Positions 1 through 12,160 of a stretch of DNA of 64,000 nucleotides are shown here, in pieces. The number at the start of each line of letters is the position of its first letter. The first letter of the stretch is position 1. The DNA lies in NCBI GenBank assembly GCA_965112155.1, contig OZ218106.1; one strand, written 5' to 3'. The notes under the pieces were generated by a model. That model was not told where the DNA came from. It did not search any database and saw only the letters and a list, made by a program, of their open reading frames with translations. A program made the translations under genes and the position numbers. The DNA comes from Podarcis liolepis. Lineage: Eukaryota.

Positions 1-829
1 ATATTCCCCAAATAAGATTAATAGCTGCAAGCGCAATGTAATATCAGTGGGAGCTGATCATGGCCATACCCATTCCCAAAAAGTACTCACATAAAGTTTA
101 GAAGAGCAGACACACAGTACACCAGAATTATTTTGACACCCTGTCAGAAGCTGCCCCACCAAATCCCTCAAACTTATTTTTTCATGGTACACACTTCTGA
201 ATTAAGGCAAACATAGGGTGAGCAATTCACCGGAGTAATTCAATTATAGCCAGCAGTGTAACCTGCCTGATGTCGGTGGCTATTATCCTAGGCAAGCTTA
301 AATGCATTGCATTTCCAATCCTCTGGTTCCATTGTGACATTGCTTTCTGTTAGTTGCCTTGGCTGCTAGTGCTAAAGAGGAAAGTCTCCTACTTGAAAAT
401 ATAGTATAAAACTAGCCTGAAGGAGCAGGTCTCTATGTGCATTAATATGCAATAAAACACTTCAAGGTATGTTGTAAATGCACTGGTAGGTGCATTATAG
501 CACTCAGGCTTGTGCCTAACAGCCTGCCTAAAAACACATCTATCACTAGGCTGAAAACATACCCATTGAATGTTAGTTTAATGTAGATGGTTCTGGTTGT
601 GCAAGAAGTAGTAGCTGTGAAATATGGAATACATTTCCTTGAGTTACAAAACTCTTTTCCCTAGAAGTGGAAATAAATTACACATTTCACAGCAATTCAT
701 GTTACAGTTCTCTCTTCCTCTTTCTCTTTATAAATTCAAACCAAGAGCATTTATTTATATATATTTTACTTTTTTACCATATTAAAATTGTAAAATTGAA
801 ATCGTGACAAAGGCGGGTGATCACAATGT

Positions 830-1420
830 GGCAACTGAATTGATCATTGAAATTGATAGGTCATCAAGCATTTTAGGAGGCGGATGTCATATGACATAAC
901 TAGGGCTGCAAATACTTTTGGTGCCTCTGGAAGTGAAAGGCATCAAAGTGTTTCTAAGGTTGCAGGCACCAGGGGATTTGGAGGGAACAGTGCCAGGAAG
1001 GTGTATTTGTGGTTCATCGTGGAGCAGGGAGACAAGAGGGAAGCAGGAGATGGCCCGTAAATGATGGAGGCTTTTAGGATATTGAGTAGGAAGTGAATAA
1101 ATTGCTTTGGAGTTTTTGAAGCATGGCAGGCAGAAGAGTTGAGAGCAATGGTGAGACAGTAGTTATATCAGAAGAAAGGTGAGTATGTTGCATTTCAATG
1201 GGGAGAAAAGTTAAAGCATTTCAGAATGGTGTGAAATAGGGAATCTAGAAATCTGTTTTTGGCCTTAACAAATAGGCTTCTTAAATTAGAAGAGAGTGCA
1301 GGAAAAATTGAAACTGGTAGGTTACTGGAGTGATCACAAAGCTCTATAGAGGTAGGACAGAAAGTAAGTGTGCACAGTTCAAAGAACTGGAAACTTACGA
1401 CCAAAATTATTGAATCATTT
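830..1420 (+). mobile_element. Possible degenerate L1-like 5'/ORF1 fragment
   Basis: Purine-rich + strand with coiled-coil-like translation (RNLFLALTNRLLKLEESAGKIE). No diagnostic motif and no TSD found. Confidence 0.25.
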
Positions 1421-1543
1421 CCCAACTATCTTCTGCATACTAGGCAGGCAAATACGTAGCTTTAAAGAGCAGCAGCAGCAGCAGCTGAACTCACAGATCC
1501 AGACCTTGGCTTCTATAATGTTCAGTGCAAGTAACTCCAATGT

Positions 1544-1865
1544 TAGGGTTGCCATATGTCCTTTTTCCAGGACACACCCTCTTTTTCATGGGTAGAGTCA
1601 TCATAGCGATCCATAGTTAAAAGTAGAAGTTGGCAAATGTGTCCTCTTTTTTGGTCTTCAAAATACGGTAGGGCTGCCAGATGTCTGGGTTTTCCTGGAC
1701 ACGTCCAGGAATCACTCAGAAAAATCGGGGGGAATTTTTGCCGAATTGATAAAATGTCTGGGAAGACCCAGATGTATGGCAAGTCAGGCTATCTTTATTT
1801 TTAAAATCTTTTAAAAAAATCAAAAGAAAGTCCCAAGACAGACAAACACCTATATGGCAATCCTA
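1544..1865. mobile_element. hAT (Blackjack-like) non-autonomous DNA transposon remnants, probably two nested or adjacent copies
   Basis: TIR-like tagggttgccatat at 1544, a second tagggctgccagat at 1669, and the inverse atatggcaatccta ending at 1865. Confidence 0.6.
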
Positions 1866-2597
1866 TAAATATCAAGGTTTTACATGGTAATTAAAGGGAA
1901 ATGACTATTGTATAATAGCTTTGAAAAGCACGTCTACATACAAAGTCTATTCAAGCATTTCTAATAGCAAGAGATGTTTGAAATACCTACTGCATTAGAG
2001 AGAACAGAGTGGATTTTTCCTTTCTCTGAGAACATGTACACTTTTACAGATAGGGCTGCTTTGTTGGTGGTCTTTACCAATTCTTGTTGGTTAAGTATAA
2101 TGTTGTTTCTTCAGGAAAGCCAATTTTCTGTGCCAGACCACTATACAAAACCATATATTATTATTTCAGGATGTCTGCAAATACCTTACTGTGGGTGGGA
2201 TTTCTTACAGTTCTGTGCAGACATGTTAGGCTGCCTCTTCTATTTTTTATTTTATTTTCCATTTTCAGATAAATCCCTTGTTGCTACATAAGCATCAATT
2301 TCTAATTAAAAAATATGCTACTTAAACAGAAGGTACTGGCACTATAGGAATAAGAGCCAAAAACTTAAGTCCAAGCCTCCAGGTCACTTGGAGGCTGTTG
2401 TATTATGGAGATTAGACAGTATGGAAGCACTGCTGGCTGTAGCTGTGTAGGCAACTGGTTCCCTGCCAGATAAAAGCCAATGTGCAGCAGCTGCTAGCAG
2501 ACGAAAATGTGAGAAAATGGCAGGTTATGAAAGAGAGAGCAAGTGGACTGATGGGATTCCAGTGGAAGAATTGTAAAAGGTTCCCCCCCCCCCCATA

Positions 2598-2668
2598 CTG
2601 CCCTGAGCCCAGCCTTGGCTGGGGAGGGCGGGGTATAAATAAAAATTTATTATTATTACTACTACTAT
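2598..2668 (+). mobile_element. L2 LINE 3' terminus (very short, 5'-truncated)
   Basis: gccctgagccc...ggggagggcggggtataaat followed by a (TTA/CTA)n tail. Near-identical to 5021-5113. Confidence 0.7.
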
Positions 2669-2710
2669 ATGTAGAAGTCAGAAAATGCATTTGGACTACT
2701 GCTGAAATTT

Positions 2711-4202
2711 ATTTTCTTTTAAAAAAATATTTTTATTGAAAGTTTTCAACATAGCTTAGAATAAAAACTAAGCTATGCTAAATAAAAAGAATAAAAGAAA
2801 ACAAAAATAAAAATAAAGACATAAAGAAGCAGGGAAATATGAGAAAAGAAAAAATGAATGCAAAAGCTCTATCACAATTACATCAAATCCTTTTTCCCAT
2901 GCACAGAAAGTAGACCTTTTCACCTCTTACCTGGGAGCATATCTTTCTTCCCCCAGCCTCCCACTCTTGGAGAGCCTTTTTACCCGGCCTCTCATACAGA
3001 GCCCCTCATCTTTGATCTGTCACCTTCCTATGTATATTTTCATCAATCCAAAATAGGGAGCTTCTAAGAGCTAAAAATAAAAGCAGCTAGACTAAAAGGA
3101 AAAAAGAGGGGCTTCCGATTCTCTATTTGTCAATTATATATAATAACAATCATTCAAAATATTCAAAGCATTTACCACAGGATAACATAGAGCTATATAT
3201 TATATAGATGTTTATCAATCTACTAGGCATAATTCTTCCCTGGCATCACAAATTCACCTTTTTCCACTCAAAAAGTCCAGAAGTAATTCTTAAATTTTTG
3301 TTCTCCAAGATTGTCCCTTCGCCAGTCCAGTTTAATAAATTTCTCTCCAAGGATTCCATCTTAATACTAGTCCTTCTTTTTCTGCTTTTTCCAATTCTTT
3401 CCAGCATCAGTCATCAGAGGCTTAGAAACTTCTCGTCTTGCAGTTGTCTCTTTGAACTAAATTGTCTTCTGCCCTCGTCTCCTGTCTTCTCCAATCATAA
3501 AGTCCATCAACAAACCAGCTTTACTTGTTTGCTTTGGACTTTCAGGCAGCTGCAAGGCCGATGTCTCCTGTAGCTCTCTGCACTCCTGCAACTCTCATAT
3601 GGCAGGTCCTGGGCATTCTCCTGTTCAAGAATGTTTCTCTTGAAATTTTATGCATTTTGGCTCTTAGTTCTACAAGTTACTCATTCAACATTTGCCTTAT
3701 GATGATCAGAAGGGTATTCAACCCTTCTGTGACGTAGTGGCATAGTGGAGGGCACAAAATTGTTAGGGGCGCAAAATTTCAACACCTAGTGCAGCGTCAA
3801 CACAGCTGCACACTTCTGTTGCTGGGCTCCATTGAAAACATGTTCTCAATGCAAACCATGAAGTGACCTCTCCAAACAATGGAGAGTTGAATGCACATAT
3901 GTACTCCATCCATTTCCCTCCCTCCCACGCCCCTCCCCCCCTGCACAGCCGTGGGCACTAGCAACCCACACCATGCCATTCAATAATATTTTTGCCATGT
4001 TTCTGTTGGTGTTCTATTTTTTGTTGGTGTTTCCCTTCGTTATCTTCCTTCCAGGACTTTAGTTATGTTTACACATTCTTTCTTCAGATAAGGACAGGCT
4101 TCTATTTTATCTTGGTTATTTTAATCACCACATAATTATCTCTGCCAGTGGGAGCATGGGCAACAGATAACTTAGTCTGCCATTTTCCTCTCTGGAAGTC
4201 CT
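2711..4202 (-). mobile_element. Short internally deleted L1-like retroelement with both termini and a 17-bp TSD
   Basis: Perfect direct repeat gactactgctgaaattt at 2694-2710 and 4203-4219. The minus strand begins AGGACTTCCAGAGAGGAAAATGGCAGAC (Ets/YY1-like L1 5' end) and ends with AATAAA (plus 2732-2737) and an A-rich tail. The interior has ORF1-like coiled-coil and ORF2 C-terminus-like remnants. Confidence 0.65.
3727..3980. mobile_element. GC-richer DNA transposon remnant (hAT/Tip100-like ends) nested in the L1-like element
   Basis: Starts ctgtgacgtag and ends ccatgccatt, resembling degenerate CAGTGGCGTAG...CTACGCCACTG ends. Composition differs sharply from the flanks. Confidence 0.4.
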
Positions 4203-4926
4203 GACTACTGCTGAAATTTCTTCAGGATTCACAGTGAGGTGTCCATTTCTGGAAAAGAAAAAACTATGATTCCAAAAAGCTATGTTGCTTTTTCTTCTGG
4301 GAAGGAATTAGCTTGTCCCCTCCCCCATGGTAACACTAAGTGGGTGGGTGTTTTTAAATGAAGCAAACAAATTTGCAATATACCTGTATCATAATGTTAT
4401 TTTGCATTGAAATAAATGCATTCTTTTTTTGCAAAATACTATGCTAATCTTGAAACTTTTAAGGAATTATCACAATTACTTCAAGTTTTAGATTCTTAAT
4501 TCTCATTTTAAAAACAAGGTGGCATCACACAATTTGAATCTTCCTAGTTGAAAGTGTTTGTTGATCTAAGACCCTAAAGTATGGACTCAAGGAAATAATT
4601 TGTCCTTAAGCACTTAACCAGCACTCCTGTTTCATGTTCCAATATGATAACAAAAGTATGCATGCTTCATTTGTACAATAACTGTCTCTTTTATTAAACA
4701 TCTGATGCCTGTGTGCCCTTTTTCTCTGAAGTCCACTGATTAACTGATGCTATCTTCACTTGTGCTCAGAGCCTAGGGGCAATTAACTGATTAAAACTGT
4801 TTTCAGATCATGAAAAACATAACTGTTCAGGTTTTGGTTTTGGGATATGAACTGAGTGAGTTTCTTTGTATCATACATAGTATGTTTTGGGGGATGGGGT
4901 TGGCTGTGATTCAGACAGATCAACCT

Positions 4927-5068
4927 CCTGTGAAGAGGCTGCATCCTAAAGTTTCAATGTTGTATTTTAATCTTTTTTAAAATTGTATTTTAATCAACTT
5001 GTTTTTATTATTGGTTGTTAGCCGCCCTGAGCCCGGTCTTGCCTGGGGAGGGCGGGGTATAAGTAAAC

Positions 5069-5113
<45 letters not shown>
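4927..5113 (+). mobile_element. L2 LINE 3' end with (TTA)n tail
   Basis: T-rich 3' UTR, then agccgccctgagcccgg...gggcggggtataa, then about 14 TTA units (5071-5113). Confidence 0.75.
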
Positions 5114-5114
<1 letters not shown>

Positions 5115-5774
5115 TGAATAATGTCATTAAAATCTGAGACATTAGTCACATTGTCATTAACATATTATAAATGTAGCAAAATTATATGGGAGCAGTCATG
5201 TGCCTATGGATATTACAGAGTAGAATTCCTGCTTCTTTGGGTAGGAGAAGGCATTTTGGCTTGGGTGGTCGCATATACATCCTTTAAAAAGAGAAAATGC
5301 ATCACCAAAGAAGCGTACATATCTGCATATATATGTATAGGCACAAATTTTGAACTAATAATATAATAGAAATACAAACATAGATGTAAAGTCCTGCATT
5401 CCTGCTCAATGTGCTGTCTGGATCCAAAGTGTTGATGAGCAGCAACAACCCTGCTCACTATTCTTAGGATTCTCTATCTTTAAACTTTTAACTTGGAACC
5501 ATAGAGTTTGAAGGGCTAGACATTAATTCACATAGAAGACAGAGGTCAGCCCTCTCAATTTTGTTTTATTTTTAAGGAGTAGGAAACATGGCTCTCACAT
5601 TTAACAAAAATAAACTAAAAACCCAGTTCTGTCATTTTATTAAAAAGTATCCAGTTTCAAAAAAAAATTAAAAGAAAAGAAAATATTACTGCCCCCCCAC
5701 ATCCCTAAATTTGTAATCTGCTTGGACAAATAGTTTTCAATCTTGTCCAATTAGGCCTGCATTACCTTCATCCT

Positions 5775-6131
5775 GGGACGCGGGTGGTGCTGTGGGTTAA
5801 ACCACAGAGCCTAGGACCTGCCAATCAGAAGGTTGGTGGTTCGAATCCTCGCGACGGGGTGAGCTCCCATTGCTCAGTCCCTGCTCCTGCCAACCTAGCA
5901 GTTCGAAAGCACGTCAAAGTGAAAGTAGATAAAAAATAGGTACGGCTCCGGCGGGAGGGTAAACGGCGTTTCTGTGCGCTGCTCTGGTTCGCCAGAAGTG
6001 GCTTAGTCATGCTGGCCACATGACCCGGAAGCTGTACACCGGCTCCCTCGGCCAATAAAGCAAGATGAGCGCCGCAACCCCAGAGTCGGTCACAACTGGA
6101 CCTAATGGTCAGGTGTCCCTTTCCTTTACCT
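5775..6131 (+). mobile_element. Sauria SINE (Squam1-type), full length
   Basis: tRNA-derived head gggacgcgggtggtgctgtgggttaaacc, B-box ggttcgaatcc, (ACCTTT)n tail. 14-bp TSD ttaccttcatcctg at 5762-5775 and 6132-6145. Matches the copies at 27.7 and 46.3 kb. Confidence 0.93.
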
Positions 6132-7159
6132 TTACCTTCATCCTGCATGATGATACCTTCCATTTTAAAAACAAAACAAAACACCCACCTTCATCTTTCA
6201 TTTCTTCTGCAGTGGAGCAGCTTCTTCCTTCTGTTCCTGCACTGACAGCTGAAAACAGTTAATTACACTGTTTTCATTGCTTTTTAGTATTTCTCTTACC
6301 CACCTTCTCTGTCTTAAGTGTGTTTTTTTGTTTTCAACTTCTGCATCCTCCATCTTTGCTATCTAAAAGCTTTCTTTTGGTGAACTTGTAAGAGCTTAAC
6401 TCTTGTGGAGTTCTTCAGTGACAATTGGTTTTAATTTTCAGAAAACAACCCTTTTAGACATTGTTTAAGGAATATTACAGCTTCAGTGAAACACTGCTCT
6501 ACCTTCTGAACTGCATCTTCTTTGGTCTCTCTTTCTATCAAAGCCTAATTCTTTTCTTTCATCACTATGTAGCCTTTTACTTTGCTGAAGTGCTATGCTG
6601 GTTTCTTAACATAATTGTTAGGCAAATTACTCAGGTGGACCAAGTGCCCTAGGTTATTGTCTGATGATTCTTTTCCCTTCATGTTTGTTTGCATTTCTAG
6701 GAGCAGGATTTGTAGAATTTTGTAATCTGAAAAGCTGTTTGGATGGGGTGGAGATGTCCCATTGCCAGAGTGAAGGGCCCTGCTTGCACTTGCTGAAACT
6801 GCAAGCAGGTAGAAGCTACTCCTGACAGTATACTCACTGGCAGTATGTAAGACACTTGAAACATGGCATGTATGGAGCAGGGAGGGGCATAGAGATGAGC
6901 CAGCAAACTAACCTAAACTAGCCTGGAGCTAGCACAAACAGTATCAGCACAAATACTGCCCGCCCACCTTTCTCTCTGGCTGGCAATAGCAGCAGTAGCT
7001 TTGCTGTTCCGTTCAGCCTTGCTGCTCCCAGATGGGAGTTTGGATTCCACCATCATTGTTGGTTGTATTCATCATTAGAGTTAACAGGCATATTCCTGAC
7101 AGTGCACTAGTGAGGATAAACCTTTGGTAAATGGAAAGAGTCTAAATCACCAGAACTTC

Positions 7160-7472
7160 ACACCAAGAGAGAATTCTTAGGGATCTATGCATTTTAATTT
7201 GCTGGAGTGTCTGGATCATACTTTGAAGCACTGAGAGTGTAATCAAAACTCCCAGTTAGGAGCAGTGAGGCTGAATGGATTTTGTGGAATACCCGTTTAG
7301 TTGAGATTAGACAGTCCCATTTCCTGTTGAATTTCAGGTACCTGACAAGGACCTTACTACTTCAGCAGGCATTTAATAAAGTTTTGTGAATTATTGTGAT
7401 TCATTTTACAATTTTATGTATGCTTCTTAGATACTACAGTAATTAAGTGTTGTAGAAATACATTAAATAAAT
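7160..7472 (+). mobile_element. Degenerate L2-like 3' fragment
   Basis: ...cagcaggcattt..., a T-rich UTR and a terminal aaataaata, typical of old L2 ends. Confidence 0.35.
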
Positions 7473-7724
7473 ATGTGGGGAGGCAAACATCTCCTCAGAG
7501 TATGACTGAAGTTCACTGATGGTCAGAACTGTCGCCTGCCCATCTCCCTGGTACTCTGAATACACAGGCAGTAGGTGTCTGCTTCCACAATGAATTATAA
7601 GTTGTATATTCTGGAGATAGGCTCCACCACAAGACAGACTATCACATCCCTTTTTTAAATTTAGTTAACTTAGCTGTATTTTATTAAGCATGAAGTGCTC
7701 TGGTTAATCCTTTTAGGAAATGCT

Positions 7725-7934
7725 GGTCTAGCAGAGGGGGAGGCATGACAAAATGGGAAAGTGCCACCCTGTGCCTGCCCCTTACCAGGGGTGTGGGGCA
7801 GTGGCTCCGAGGTTCCAATGAGAACTCCTAGAGCCCTGCAAGAGCTTGCAAGAGCTCACAGGGCTCTGGCCAGGTCTCACCAGAACCTTGAAGTTGCCAC
7901 CAGTACTTCTCACTTCTATGGCAGGACCACCCTG
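7725..7934. mobile_element. Old DNA-transposon/MITE-like fragment with an internal palindrome
   Basis: Nested inverted arms aggttc/gaacct, tgaga/tctca and agagccctg/cagggctct across 7810-7888. Confidence 0.4.
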
Positions 7935-9560
7935 TTGCCTTATTAATGATTGGCTAGAAACACCAAGGAAGTCACTGTCAGTATATCAGTCACATATAGA
8001 TCCAAGCTTGGTAATTCCTATTTGAAGTTGACTCTTGGCATCCTTTGGTATTGTGTATATTTTGTATCAGAGATGTCTAAGAAGAAAATTCACACTAAAA
8101 AGCAAGGCATTTCAAACAGATACTGCCAAGAAAAGGGTTCAATAAAGCCCATAGGTTATTCTTCAGCACAGAGTCTTTGAGGAGCTTGGGGGCACTGAAT
8201 CAGAGATTCACCTCTTCTTTTGCTCTCAGAATGGGTAATAACGAAGCTGAACTATTCCGAAACAAGCCAAGCTGAAAGGTCAGTCCCTAACTATTTCCCT
8301 CCGTCTGCTCCAATTTGGAAGCACGGCAGACCAGGCTCCATACATGCAGTGTTTGCTTCAGTGGAATCCTTCCTGTACTGCTTCATTCCACTGACTTTTC
8401 ATTTGGAACACTGTGGATAATTGGTGAATCATTCCGTAGAAGAAGATTCCTTCCCTACTTTCAGATCTCCGTATCACAAAGTGCTTTTGAAATTTCCAAA
8501 CTCAGCAGGGAACTAGGCTGTTTTTCAGGGAAATAAGATAACTGCCCCACTGTCTGTATTTAAGCCTTTAGCCTCACCTAAAGGGCTCACTGGATCATAG
8601 CCATGGACAAAAGAACCACTGAGTGAGTGTAATTTATGGAATGCAACTGGTATTTTACTAGTACTGGGAGGTTGCGCTTGGAAATTCATCTGGAACGAGG
8701 CCTCAGCACAGGGTTTTTCAAAACCAGATTTCCCAACTGCACAAATTCCCCATCAGATACTCCACCCTAAAAAAAGCCAGAATGAACACAAAGCATTCTT
8801 TGCTCCTTGTTTACATCCTGTATCAGTGGTGGCTTCTCCACAGGAGTCGTTATTATCTACTGTGCAATAATTAGCAGGACAATCCAATGGCCCTTGCATT
8901 GAGGTAAACTCCAACTCAATGGCACACTGTTACGAGGGCTACTGGGTCATCCTGAAAGTTATCTGTCTAGTCCTGCTGCCTCATCAACTTTGTGCTGCCA
9001 ACAGTGGTGTCTCTCAAATACCTGACTTCTCCAGTTTTCACCAAGGATGCCTGTTAAGCACAGCTCGGCTGCTGGCTTAAACTGGTCCATTTTATGCCAC
9101 AGTCAATAGGACCTGCTCTGCAGACTTTCAATGCTGATTGCTGTTAACTCACAGAAGAAACAGGACAACTCCTGACACCATATGGTATTATTATTTGGGT
9201 GTCTTCTTGTCCAGCCCTTCCGCAGAACTTAGCCCTGCTTCTACTAAGTTCTTATAGTGAAGATTCACTGTTCATTCTATCTCAGTTTAGAAAAATATTG
9301 TAGGATCAGTAAGAACTCTTTCTTAAGAGCCTGCAGGTTCCTTCTCCTACATTTCCAACCATCTGTATTTCCCAACTGTGCACAAAAAGATCCCTGTCTC
9401 AGCAACAGAAAAGCTAAAGAACAGGGAGAGAAGATAGCTAAAGATAAGTGACCTAGAAAAGAGAGGATGAGCAGGACTGATAGATGTGGTAACAGTGGGC
9501 TAGATGGTCTATAAGCCTGGTTCATTTGTGCTCAGCGAGCACCAGAATACAACTTTTAGA

Positions 9561-9760
9561 GGAAAGGCCATGGCTTAGCGGTAGAATGCATTCTTTGGGT
9601 CCAAAAGGCCCTAGATTCAGTCTGTGGGATCTCCCAAGTAGATCAGGAAAAGACTTTTGTTTGAAACTCTGGAAAGCTACTGGTATATGGTATACACAAA
9701 TATTGAGGCAGATGGACCAATTTTCAGACTCAATAGAAGGCAGCTTCATGTGTTCTTATA
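9561..9760 (+). mobile_element. Old tRNA-derived SINE with CR1-like tail
   Basis: Head ggccatggcttagcggtaga (A-box-like) and tail gatggaccaa...aaggcagcttcatgtgttc. Aligns by eye with 36429, 40339 and 49708. Confidence 0.65.
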
Positions 9761-9924
9761 TGTTTAATGAAAAATGCATCCAAATACACTTTCCCATCCA
9801 CGTTCTGTTGTGATTAGTCAGCTATATGCAACTGGATCAGGGAAGGGAGTTGGCCTGATTGACCATTTTTACACCCTTGTCATCGCAAAAAAACATTTCA
9901 GAAAGGGATGCAAAAAAATAACCA

Positions 9925-10103
9925 NNNNNNNNNNNNNNNNNNNNNNNNNNNNNNNNNNNNNNNNNNNNNNNNNNNNNNNNNNNNNNNNNNNNNNNNNNNN
10001 NNNNNNNNNNNNNNNNNNNNNNNNNNNNNNNNNNNNNNNNNNNNNNNNNNNNNNNNNNNNNNNNNNNNNNNNNNNNNNNNNNNNNNNNNNNNNNNNNNNN
10101 NNN
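9925..10103. other. Assembly gap
   Basis: Run of 179 N. Confidence 1.
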
Positions 10104-10974
10104 TCGCTTAGGATTAGAATGAGAAATAGGATCATGCTAGTTAAAGTTGCTCGTTAGGAGGGTGATCACCCATTTGCAGAACAAGGAAACATCAAATCAA
10201 TCCAGATAATAACTAGGAATATTTGTGGTCTAAAATGGATAGTCTTATGGACTAAGTAATAGAAATGAAATGAGATTTAATAATACAAATTAGAAGAATA
10301 TTAAAACAAAGTCTTTGGGGGCCCTTGGGAGCTAATAATGAGCATTTTTGTTATCTGCTGGGAACTGGAAGCTGGGAGCAACAGGAAAAGAGGAGAGCCA
10401 GGGTCTTGGTTAATCACAAAAGGATTATAAGCTATAACATTAAAAAAAGCAACGAATACATTTCTATGATGTGTTAAACATAACAATTTCAGTAGAAATT
10501 GGAAAATATTAATACCTCTGTTTAACACGCTTGTATCTTTTTCCAAACAGTGTCAAGCCATTCAGGAGTGGGGGAAATGTCCCACAATCTTTCTGCATTC
10601 CTTTAGCACCTAAATTCTGGACATGTCTGGTTAATTGGAAAATCTTGATTACTGACTTCATGTGATAGGCAGTGAATTGTTTATAGCAAACCAGCTGCTA
10701 CAAAACCTGTATTGGGACTGAATATGTGGCATTGGTGGTATGACAATGACTCTTGATTGTGATGAGCCAATTTTCTTACCAGTCAGGTAGGATTTTGATT
10801 CTAAACTACTTATTTGACTTGTTGTTCGCCCCAAATGAGAAATATCAATTAATAAATTTACTAATGTAAAATCTAATCATGTTGTTCCTACATGATATGG
10901 CTCCCTAAAACTTAAGATAATATGTAATTTTCACTTGGGACTGCAACTGTCACAGATGCAGCAAAATCTAAGTA

Positions 10975-11143
10975 CCGTATTTTTCGCTCTATAACACGCA
11001 GCCGACCATAACATGCACATAGTTTTTAGAGGAGGAAAATCCGTAGGCATGCCACCCGTAGGCATTCCCTCCATAACACGCACAGACATTTCCCCTTACT
11101 TTCTAGGAGGAAAAAAGTGAGTGTTATGGTGCAAAAAATACGG
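10975..11143. mobile_element. Tc/mariner (Tc2/pogo-like) MITE
   Basis: TIRs ccgtattttt / aaaaatacgg, with TA on both sides (10973-74 and 11144-45). Confidence 0.85.
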
Positions 11144-11829
11144 TATTTCTGCATAGGCATGTCCCTTATGTATGCCTCCACAGATCTGTTCGCTAGGAAG
11201 AGGGTCACTCCTCAGTGCCACAAGAACCTCCTCTTCCCATCTCCCTATTTGGAGGAGAGGTAGAAAGGTTCCTTATGTTATACAGCTGAACTCTGGAGCA
11301 AGCAGAAGTGATTTTGCTACCTCAGGAACCCAGAGTATTAAAAAGAATTTCACCTCACTACTCCATGCCCCTGAGCTTTGAAGGAGATAGAAGTAGTGTG
11401 AGAGACCTGCCACTTCTAAAGCTCAGCATAACATGAGAGAGGCTTGTGCTTCTCTCCACCAAATTATCTTCATGCACAAAGGATGTGGTGGATTCAGTGG
11501 TGACCACCATTTATTGCTTACCTGATAACCCAAAGAAAAATTTGTGGACCCCTAATAAAACAACTTCTTGGAACAATCCCCCCCCATAAGATGGTAATCT
11601 GACACTGAAAGCCTTGAGCTATCCTTTGTCAACAAATGCTGTATTGCAGTGTTATTTAATCACATTGGTTCTCAATTTCTATGCATAGCAACCCCAACTT
11701 GCAAATCTTTATTTACCCCACATAATTGTTTCTACTCTTTTCCAACATCCAGCTTACTAAATTAAAATTTACCTTGTGGTCATATAAGCAATAAGCAAAA
11801 CTGAATGTGAGCTGGCTGCTAAATAACAG

Positions 11830-12160
11830 CACCCTACCAGCAAGAGTTATACATCATGCAGGAGAGGACCTTTTCCATGGGGATGCCCTATATGTGGAAA
11901 ACCATCCCGTCAGATGTCTGGCTGGCACTGATCCTGTTTATATTCCAGTACCATCTTAATATATGGCAAGTTTGGTCAACCGTTCATGGATTATTAATTT
12001 TTTCAGATTAGAAGTGCAACCATTCCTTAGTTGTTATGCTGTTCATTGATTTTTACTTGCTTTCTTGCTAGTATTAATTGAAATGATTGCTTGCTTTTAT
12101 TGCAATTTTATTGTACCCCGCCTTTGAATCATTACTATGACGACAGGTCATAAATACTCT
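11830..12160 (+). mobile_element. Degenerate L2 LINE 3' fragment
   Basis: gagaggaccttttccatgg...tgtggaaaaccatccc resembles the L2 RAFSVAAP-LWNSLP region. Followed by a T-rich UTR and tgtaccccgcctttga. Confidence 0.55.

Noticed and set aside
5775-5860. tRNA-like A/B boxes
   Set aside because: These are SINE heads with no complete cloverleaf, so they are not tRNA genes. The same applies to 21441 and 30134.
5825-6184. Similar ORFs ending GFEPPTF at 5825, 27750 and 46318, resembling a gene family
   Set aside because: They are antisense readings of Sauria SINE copies.
9774-10157. Long ORFs spanning N runs (also 20855-21176 and 24840-25230)
   Set aside because: Artefacts of assembly gaps.
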